A stretch of DNA of 64,000 bases from Eledone cirrhosa. Lineage: Eukaryota. The DNA is taken from assembly GCA_964016885.1 (NCBI GenBank), contig OZ024747.1, positions 58,094,001 through 58,158,000 on the forward strand, in the 5' to 3' direction. Under the pieces are notes generated by a model that was not told the origin of the DNA, searched no databases, and was given only the letters and a program-made list of their open reading frames with translations. A program made the position numbers and the translations under genes. Below, piece after piece: positions 54,491 to 64,000 of the stretch (position 1 is the first letter of the stretch; the number at the start of each line of letters is the position of its first letter).

Positions 54491-57400
54491 TAAAACGTTG
54501 GATGCTACCTTTTAGTTATTGGTTCATAACGTTTCTCACCGGAAACGTATTTTGTTTCTGATGAGGTACCTATGCCTGTGAAATAGGGACAAATACAGTA
54601 TTATAATTATTCATATCTTTCTGCTAAATGAAAATCTTTCCGGTGTTGAGTATAAAATTCAACTTACTTTGCTGGAAATAAGCATCTATCATGTACTGGA
54701 ATTAATTTAATAAACTGCTCCAGTCCTTACAGATGTGTGGATCCGGCCTATGAACATTGGAGTATGTTAAACAGATGTAAATGGGAAATATAATCAGTTA
54801 ATTCACTTTCTTAGATTTGATTTCTTAAGCTTCTGCTCAGTTCCAATAAATATTTGTTAATTTTATAACCGTTCAAATATGCACGGAATTCACTAGTACT
54901 TTATCAAACTGTTTAATTATACATACCATGAAGTACAGTACCAGCTACACAACAGAGTTGTTATATAGTTTCTTGTTTGCATATCTAAACATGATAACAT
55001 TTGTAGATGAGATTGGTTTCGTTTAGAACAAATATTAATGAGATCTGGTCACGAGTAATGAATTCCAGAATATCACTGTCGCATTCTCCCCCGATTAAGT
55101 GTAAACATTCTTTAAAGTAGCTGATTTATTATTCAACGACTGTATCCAATATCGACTACCATAGTAGTTGAAACTTGGATAAATCTTGAATATTAATTTA
55201 AAACACATTAAATAAAACTCATCAGATGTGTGTTTCCAACAAATTAGATGACAGGAGTATGGTTATTAGTTAAAGGTGAGCAGTGTATATCTGATAAGCG
55301 AAGTGAAACGTTTCCTGTTTCCACAGTATTTGTGTCTTTGCTAGCTTTACATACTCAACAAATGCAAATATCTTCTACCTACAACTTTCATATTCAAGAG
55401 GCTAAAGCTCTATTTATTTATTTATTGCACTTTTAGTTTTTGTTTGACATTTTCTACTTTTCTTTTCTTTCCGTTTGGTAGATAAAGTGAAGATAATGAG
55501 ATGGAGCTAAAAATAATGCCTCGTTTATCATCTGCTATAGAGACACGGATGTAAGTGGCATCTCCCGAGAATTATTGTTTCTATGGCATTAATAATCAAA
55601 AGCACCGCATCCATCAGTTATCTTTAAACCTAAACATTCAGTTGTTCCCCTGGCTCTTTTTAAGTCATTTAGAATTTCTCCACGACGAATTAGGCAGATA
55701 AAACATAAACGAATCGTATATCTAACTGCCTTTTAGTTCTAAGCAGCATTCAAAGTATGTTATAAACTACATAATCCTTCTATTGAAGTTCCTCTCAAGA
55801 TAGAAAAAGCAAGCTAAGAATGTGCCAGAGCGAAAACAGAATGAACTATATTTGAGAAATATTTGATATATAAAAAGTATTGAATATTCTGTCCTATGGA
55901 AATATTATGATATTATTTATTTATTTTAACTATAATTTTGTTCAATAAATGATAAATATCCCAACAACAAAAGATTCATATTGTAGTTATAATGGAATTA
56001 CTTCAGAGAGCGGGTCGCAAAGAGCGCGACAAATAATTTGAGACAAAGAAATAAAGTCGAGTATGCAGTGTTTGTGCAATTCTGACTGAGTAAAATGACT
56101 TTTCCGCGAAGTAATTGATTTAGTTTCAACACACGGACTCGAATCAAGTCACTTATCAGACAAGTGCAAATTGAGTGATGCATTTAATACGCATACAATT
56201 AGAAAATTACAAATAAAGATAACTTGGTCTTAAAAGAAAGGTTCGGTCCGGCTATTTCAATCGGTCCGGCTATTTCAATCTCTTTTCAGCAGGTGAAAGT
56301 TAGAAATCACCAATATTGTCTGAAAGCAGTGAAGTTATGTTTAACCGGATACATCAACGCATCATAATGGAACTAAAATATCTAAAAGTGATGTGAATCA
56401 CAAAACATTTCCCTACACTTGTATCTTTGATCTTTCTGCTTATCTTTAGTTCATATGATTTCGCAACCTCTTCTATAAACAAGATGCAATAACAATGAAT
56501 ATATTATGTATATAGAATTAGAATAGCGAAAGAAACGAAACACTACATATTTTTTATCTATCTCGAAACAAGGCCATAAAATGGCTGTCAGAAATTTCTA
56601 ATGGCCACAACATGTGAATATTTTGAAAAGAAAATCTGCAAATTCACGACAGGAACGCAACAACGATCGTATAAAAATACGAAGAAGTGTTGATGCCCTG
56701 TTATATATATCTGTCATTGTTCAATGTGAATAGAAAGAGGGTGAATTGGAAAAGGTGTATATAACAGAGTTTAGATTTTGATTCAATTGTTATGCGGAGG
56801 AGAAAACGATTGCTTGCGGTCGCTAAAACAAGATAAACTACTGCAATTTTAGAACACTAGACAGAGGAATAGAAACCTGTAACGATGTATTGGGTAACGC
56901 TGTGAATTGATGGCCATTCTATTAGCTGCACTCTACTACATATGTATAGCTGCCGGGTGTCTTTTTGAGGCATAACAACTACATGCATTTTAAGTGGCAT
57001 CCAATCGTATTTGATGCACACAAGAAATGTTAGTCATCAGATATAAGGAAACTTGACATTAAAAAGAAGGTTAAGGTATTTTTGTATCTTGTTAACCTCC
57101 CCGTAAACATTGGATATTTTATGTTAGTCTGAATTAAAAGAATATTTTATATTCAAATCGACAGAGTGGAAAGAGCACCAGACTGAATGCCTTAAAATAT
57201 ATTTTCTCCATGTATATTCCTACCACGTTATTAGTAGTCATGGCAGTGGTACTGCTTGGTTTAATATCACGCGTTTTCTAATGCTGCCAATAAAATATAA
57301 TTCATGAGATCTGTGCAAGCGTTTGTTTTTGTATCATCAAAATATATCTCAAACTCTTATGGCCTAGCAGATATAACATTATTGCTTACGTAAGAGATAT

Positions 57401-57854
57401 CTTTGTTTTGCAAAACATTCTGTATAATTTTCTTTAGCCACAAAAGTATTCAATGATATCAAAACTAAACTCTAGAGAATCAGGTAAATCTATTACCGTA
57501 TATCTCATTACAAAGTGGATATATGATTATAATTCACATTTGGCTTTTACTCTGGATGATGTTTAAGCAAGCATATTTTGGATTTTATCTAGATTTCAGT
57601 GTTATATTTTCCGTGTGATTCAAGATGTACTCTTTTATGATTGGTTTCTTTGCATTGCTGTTATGGTAGTTTGTTATATGTGGTTTCAATCCAGTGTAGT
57701 TGATTATATATATTTGGAGAAACAACATCAAACTTAAAATATGAAGATCTCCGTGTGTACATATGACAGAACTAGATGATTTTATATTCCTATAGAAGTA
57801 GAAATAATATGGGTGTGCGAGCGCAGAGATATCAAAATGTGTATATATCTATCT

Positions 57855-58132
57855 AATGGCCCGAGTGATTGGGCCTTCTCTGTATATAGACCTGTAGGTT
57901 GAAGAAGAGAGCAACAGGAACAAGAGAGCACTTGCACAACACGCTCCTGAAGTTGAGGCTTGTTCTATCGACGGGGTTTTAAACAGCCCATTTGTGGCGC
58001 CTCCCCCCTATTGGGGATTTCGATTGTTAAATTTGTTTGTTTCAATATTTTTACACGACTGTATGTAAAATACCCGGTATGTGTCTTTGTTTTGTCCTCT
58101 TTTCTTGTGCGCCCTTGTGGCAAATAAAGAAA
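57855..58132 (+). mobile_element. heavily 5'-truncated Tx1-type LINE 3' end
   Basis: Direct, diverged repeat of 58611-58890; AATAAA at 58123 followed by (TCTA)n. Confidence 0.8.
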
Positions 58133-58180
58133 TCTATCTATCTATCTATCTCACTACCTATCTATCTATTCAACTAACTA

Positions 58181-58890
58181 CCGAGGAGCTCGAGACAAGA
58201 TTTACAGGCACGGACAGGGATCCTTCCAAGAAGACATGTCCAAGATGTGAGCAGGACATTGAAACCGTCTTGCACGGAATTGTACACTGCCCGGGCGTAA
58301 CCGACCTGTGTAGCTACGCAGAACAACTGCTGTCACGTATGGGACAAATCCAGTTGACTGCCGAGTCGATAGTAAGGATCAAACCGCCAACTTCTTTCAA
58401 ACACGAACGAGAGGCGGTTTTCCTCTGTACAGTGGCTATGGTAAAATATTATTATATGGTGGTCGAGATTGAGAGGACTGAGGACGATGCCTTTCTCTCC
58501 GGACAACAACTCATTCCCTTCTCTAGGTACCACTTTAGAAGGAGAATCAGAGTGGAGAGAGAGGCACTGCACCCCAGTAAATTTACTGAAAGGTGGGTGA
58601 ATGTAGCAAAAATGGCCCGAGTGATTGGGCCTTCTCTGTATATAAACCTGTAGGTTGAAGATGAAAGCAAAAGGAAGAAAGGGGCACTTGCATAACACGC
58701 TCCTAGAGTTGAGGGTTGTTCTATCTACGGGGTATTAAACAACCCATTTGTAACGCCTCCCCACTATTGGGGATTTCGGTTGTTGAATTTGTTTGTTTAA
58801 AAATCTTTTACACGATTGTATGCAAAATCCCCGGCATATGGCGTCGTATTGTGCCCTTTTTTGTGCGCCCTTGTGGCAAATAAAGAAATA
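58181..58890 (+). mobile_element. 5'-truncated Tx1-type LINE (ORF2 C-terminus + 3' UTR)
   Basis: CPRCEQDIETVLHGIVHCP..EQLLSRMG..ESIVRI.PP.SF..RVEREAL...F.ERWV...MARV.GP aligns with ORF 10-804; stop at 58653; AATAAA at 58879. Confidence 0.85.
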
Positions 58891-58948
58891 TATCTGCATA
58901 GATATCTACCTATTTATCTATGCATCTCTCTCTTTCTATCTATCTGTC

Positions 58949-59061
<113 letters not shown>

Positions 59062-59708
59062 TGTGTGTGCGCCTGAGTCTTTCTCTCTGTATGAGTGTGT
59101 ACGCGTGTACACATGTGTGTTTCTGTTAAAATTATGATGGATATATCATTCAAAGTGTACAAATCGCTGTCAATATGAATATTGTTTTCTAAATAATATC
59201 TCAAACTAAAATATTATCTGAAGTTTTCTTGATAAAAGATATATAATATAATTGTTATCACATGCGACCGCCACACATGAACAATGAAATATCATCTGAT
59301 ATTCTATTACAAGATAGATACCATTCATTGATAATTTCTTTGTCGAATAAGAGACCTGTGCAGATTTGTTATGATTTTCCATATCTGTTATGACGTTTCT
59401 GGAACATTTTTGATCGTTATTGTATATGATTTGAAAATGAAAAATAGAATCTACTCATTGATAATTGATGTGATGTTGTGCTTTGTGATCACATCTGACA
59501 TATGACAAATGATTATCGATATCTGCCGCCGTCTGATGCGTTTAGTAACAATAGTGGATACTGTTTATGGGATTTACATATTAGTTGAAAGGCAGAGGGG
59601 AAGAAGTGAGCATATAAAGTTAAGTGAGAAATTATAGAATTCATACCTCCTTCGATTCATAGTCGCTCTGACATTGCCTTTGTGCCCCATCTCGCTATAC
59701 ACATATAT

Positions 59709-59883
<175 letters not shown>

Positions 59884-60189
59884 ACGTTGAAAGAGATAGA
59901 ATGTTAAACAATGCAAAATGGACTGTAAGATGAGGTGACGAAATGGAAGTTACCTGGTAATCTTTGTTTTTTATTTTGATGTTGTTCTCTTTTTCTGTCA
60001 AATATTTTGGAACCTAAAAGTCCCTTCTTCAGGGTTTAAGGAACTTACAGTGGATAATGATCGGATTCCTCTCTTTGGTATATATTCTTATTTAAGTTTT
60101 TCCAAGTCGTTTTCAAGCGTTTTGTTGATGGTTATGTCGCTTATATATATATATATATAATCCCTCATCTATAAATGAAAAAACGATCC

Positions 60190-60370
60190 ATAAAAAGTTC
60201 GAGATGCCAGCTGACGCCTCTCTTGAAAATCTACCAACTGAGGATGAGGGTCCACAACCCAACATTTTCTCCCCTCGCTGTACTCGGCTATTCAAAGCAA
60301 AAATTGGCTTAACGAATCGTCTTTGGACAGAACACTCCTTTTTCATCTGTCATCTTTTCATCTAACGTCT
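60190..60370 (+). mobile_element. RTE-clade LINE 3' fragment
   Basis: Reads PRCTRLFKAKIGLTNRLWTEH, a degenerate form of the CPxCxRxFxAxIGLxSHxRTH terminal zinc finger of RTE/BovB, followed by GTCATCTT as in RTE 3' UTRs. Confidence 0.55.
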
Positions 60371-60475
60371 AGCAGCTAGACGTTGAGCTACACTCTAGCT
60401 CACCTTCAGTAATAATATTATATACACATACATAAATATATATATATATACATACATAAATATATATATACGTAC

Positions 60476-60506
<31 letters not shown>

Positions 60507-60519
60507 CATATATATATAC

Positions 60520-60549
<30 letters not shown>

Positions 60550-60550
<1 letters not shown>

Positions 60551-60822
60551 GAGGCACGTGGACTAGTGGTAAGGGTGTTGGACTTACGATCATAATGTCG
60601 TGGGCTCGATTTCTGGGTTGCGTGTTATATTCTTGAGCAAAAACTTAATTTCACGTTGCTCCAGTATACTCAGCTGAAAATGACTACCAGCAATAGCTGG
60701 AGGTTTAAACCTGCGATGGACTGGCGTCCTGTCCAGAGGGGGGTCTTGTACTTTCAGTCGCTTCACGCCATGAAACCGGGATATGCACCGGCCAAATGAG
60801 CCTTCTGGCTTATGACAGACTT
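60550..60822 (+). mobile_element. tRNA-derived SINE S2 (V-domain-like)
   Basis: A box GTGGACTAGTGG, B-box-like GGCTCGATTTC, and CCTGCGATGGACTGGCGTCCTGTCCAG resembling the V-SINE domain (from memory). Confidence 0.75.
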
Positions 60823-61382
60823 TAGACTTTATATATATATATATATATATAAATTGAAACAAAATGAAAACGAAATTTCATTTCTCACTCTTAGTATGGC
60901 ACTTACTTAAATGTAAGTATGCATGTATACGTACATACATATATGTATACAGACGTACAGTAGCATGCACATATATATATATATATACATATGCATACAG
61001 GTACACATACATATATGCACGTATCAGTTTAGCGTATCTTACAAACGAACAAAGCGACGTTAGCGCCGCTAAACTGATACGTGCATATATGTATGTGTAC
61101 CTGTATGCATATGTATATATATATGTATATATATATATATATGTGCATGCTACTGTACGTCTGTATACATATATGTATGTACGTATACATGCATACTTAC
61201 ATTTAAGTAAGTGCCATACTAAGAGTGAGAAATGAAATTTCGTTTTCATTTTGTTTCAATTTATCGTTTTCGGTATGCCTGACCGATTTAACTCACTCAA
61301 TATGCAAATTAGGCTGCTCAGCCGTTAATTTTCATAAGGAAAGTATATACTTTCGAACGTTCAACTATCTGGCAGATGGGTA

Positions 61383-61427
61383 AACGGTGCTGATGATAGC
61401 TAACAAGCTTGAAACTAGTACATCGTT
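61383..61427 (+). ncRNA. minimal type I hammerhead ribozyme
   Basis: AACGGTG CTGATGA T-AGC-TAACAA-GCT-T GAAA CTAG TA CATCGTT: intact core, 7-bp stem I, palindromic stem III ACTAGT, predicted cleavage after GUA at 61420. Confidence 0.9.
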
Positions 61428-61849
61428 CCTGTGTCAGTGTTGAACAAAAAAGGTGACGTGGTTGCCTTAACACCGTATGGCATAAATTCAGGCTGTTCAG
61501 TTTGTTTACAAACGAACAAAGCGACGTTAGCGCCGCTAAACTGATACGTGCATATATGTATGTGTACCTGTATGCATATGTATATATATATGTATATATA
61601 TATATATATGTGCATGCTACTGTACGTCTGTATACATATATGTATGTACGTATACATGCATACTTACATTTAAGTAAGTGCCATACTAAGAGTGAGAAAT
61701 GAAATTTCGTTTTCATTTTGTTTCAATTTATCGTTTTCGGTATGCCTGACCGATTTAACTCACTCAATATGCAAATTAGGCTGCTCAGCCGTTAATTTTC
61801 ATAAGGAAAGTATATACTTTCGAACGTTCAACTATCTGGCAGATGGGTA

Positions 61850-61894
61850 AACGGTGCTGATGATAGCTAACAAGCTTGAAACTAGTACATCGTT
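61850..61894 (+). ncRNA. minimal type I hammerhead ribozyme (second copy)
   Basis: Identical to 61383-61427; predicted cleavage after 61887. Confidence 0.9.
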
Positions 61895-62604
61895 CCTGTG
61901 TCAGTGTTGAACAAAAAAGGTGACGTGGTTGCCTTAACACCGTATGGCATAAATTCAGGCTGTTCAGTTTGTTTACAAACGAACAAAGCGACGTTAGCGC
62001 CGCTAAACTGATACGTGCATATATGTATGTGTACCTGTATGCATATGTATATATATATGTATATATATATATATATGTGCATGCTACTGTACGTCTGTAT
62101 ACATATATGTATGTACGTATACATGCATACTTACATATATATATATATATATACATGTACTGACACAAGAGCAAGAATGAGGGGCTCATTCTACTGACAC
62201 GGCTTTACAAATGAGGCCATTGCATAATTGCAAATGAGTCGAATATTATTATTTATATTCGAAAAACTCAGATTACATTTTTATATATATATATATATGC
62301 ATGTTTGTATGTATGTGAGTGTGTGTGTGTATATATATATATGGTGTATTACACTTTACAATAAATGTGATTCTTAACATATGTAAGATACACATTTATT
62401 TTAATGTAATGCATATTAATATTACTCTCAACGTCTAGCCCAGTCCTGTGCTGTTTAATTTAATGTGTCGTCTGGTTTACATGTAATCGTTCATATATGT
62501 ATATGTATATATAAATATGTGTATGTGTGTGTGTATGTGTATACATACATCCATATATAAGTATATCACATATATGAATGAACATATGTATGTATATATA
62601 TATT

Positions 62605-62639
<35 letters not shown>

Positions 62640-63218
62640 TAATGTGAGAGATTTTGCATTTCTATGTGTGTGTTAGTCTGTAACTATGAGTATGTACTGT
62701 ATGTGATTATATGTTCAGTCGAGTATTAGATTGTGTAACTGTTAAGAATAATCATTGTTGATAATTCATCTTAGAGTGTAATATATGATATCTTATATGT
62801 TGATGTACATGATTACATCTTTTATACTGAATCTAAATTAAATTACATGCCACTAAATTTGAAATGTTCTCAACCTACGTAATTTATGGTCCTGACAGTC
62901 ATGTCAGTCCTGTCTAACAGCGGTGCCACTGCAAAAACATGCGCTTCATACGGATGCCCAATTTACTAAAATGAACAGTGAAATCAACTTCAATTTTCAC
63001 ACAACGCCTTGAAATAGTATGGACACATTGGTTGATATACTCCAAGAAGAATTCGTAAGAGAAAATAAATAGAAAGCATAATGTCTGAAATAACGTTCCA
63101 CCTATGTATGCCTGATCAAGCCTATCCTGTATCTAAATAGCAACCGTGAACATGTTTAAAATCTCCTGCAAATAAACAAAATATATATATATATTTCTCA
63201 TACGTTATTACACTTATA

Positions 63219-63413
63219 GACGGTGGATTGTGGATTGGCAGTATTGGTAGAGGGTCGGACGCCATGCTTTGATGCATAGAGTTACGGCCCTTGCCATTCT
63301 GAGTTCAAATCCCGCCGAGGTTAACCTTTGCCTTTCATTCTTACGGGGTCTATAAAATAAAGTACCAGTAATGCACTGGTTAATTCCTGGTCTTGTGCCA
63401 AAATATAGAAACA
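63219..63413 (+). mobile_element. young SINE S1 with 15-bp TSD
   Basis: TSD GTTATTACACTTATA at 63204-63218 and 63414-63428; B box GAGTTCAAATCC. Confidence 0.92.
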
Positions 63414-63516
63414 GTTATTACACTTATACCACTCGTTGTTTTTCTTGTCTGCAAGAACGAAATCATTTAGGCGCATCTTACAATATGCAGAGATATGGTT
63501 TAGCTCTTCTAAAAAG

Positions 63517-63576
<60 letters not shown>

Positions 63577-64000
63577 TATTCTTGTTTTATTGTACTATTT
63601 ACATTACTATCTGACAAATAATAGAAATTTTGAAGACATTTTCAGTGAGTTGTACACAATAACTTAAATTATTTATTCACATATACTTCTCTACCTTTCG
63701 TCGATTTCCATCGAAATCAACCCTGACTTTCATCTCTATCTGAACGATAACGTTTGTACTAAAGATATATATCTATATCAATTTTCATTCGTACACTTTC
63801 GTTATGATATAATTTGCTTTCATTACTAATCTATAAAGATTTAACGACATTTATATACATTTCAATCAAAGAGATAAAATAACACAAATAATGTCTCCAT
63901 CTAATAATTCATGTTTGAAGTTAATTTCGATGCTGGTTTTGATTTGGTTCACACCACTAATCTTCTTGAAAATAGATTGAATATATCAAACTCTCAAATG

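Larger units (their letters stand above)
60847..62135 (+). mobile_element. non-LTR retrozyme-like element: ~2.3 tandem copies of a 467-bp unit with hammerheads, preceded by an inverted arm
   Basis: ACAAACGAACAAAGCG at 61041, 61508 and 61975; 60847-61034 is the reverse complement of ~61065-61264; flanked by (TA)n; non-coding. Confidence 0.88.

Noticed and set aside
54547-54596. CTGATGA..GAAA with flanking GTATTT-TGT/ACAAATAC pairing
   Set aside because: No stem III or UH cleavage triplet; may be chance or too decayed to call.
60864-62189. Repeated ORFs starting MKTKFHFSLLVWHLLKCKY on both strands
   Set aside because: By-products of the inverted and tandem structure of the 467-bp element; low complexity and no protein motif.

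Overview
AT-rich animal genomic DNA saturated with microsatellites. The repeat complement looks like a cephalopod, probably Octopus; this is an inference from SINE motifs recalled from memory. No host protein-coding gene can be supported, and almost all listed ORFs are translations of (TA)n/(CA)n/(CT)n tracts. The window is made of retroelements: a full-length but disabled Penelope-like element (PLE, 6274-9941) with RT and C-terminal GIY-YIG; a near-intact CR1/L2-group LINE (~35937-40620) inside TA-rich satellite; 3' remnants of Tx1, Ingi/Vingi, CRE and RTE LINEs; a Helitron remnant; and about 17 tRNA-derived SINEs. The most interesting signal is RNA-level. At least five distinct type I hammerhead ribozyme (HHR) families can be folded by eye. 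Two sit in non-coding elements with a 467-bp (60847-62135) or 512-bp (27031-27840) repeat period. Both copy the inverted-arm plus direct-repeat architecture of the autonomous PLE, so they look like large retrozymes (putative circular RNAs). A third element with the same architecture (567-bp period, 32940-34079) has no recognisable HHR but carries a strand-specific pseudoknot. The LINE's ORF2 lacks a usable ATG and is reached through an in-frame U_UUU_UUA slippery site. All alignments and folds were done by eye.
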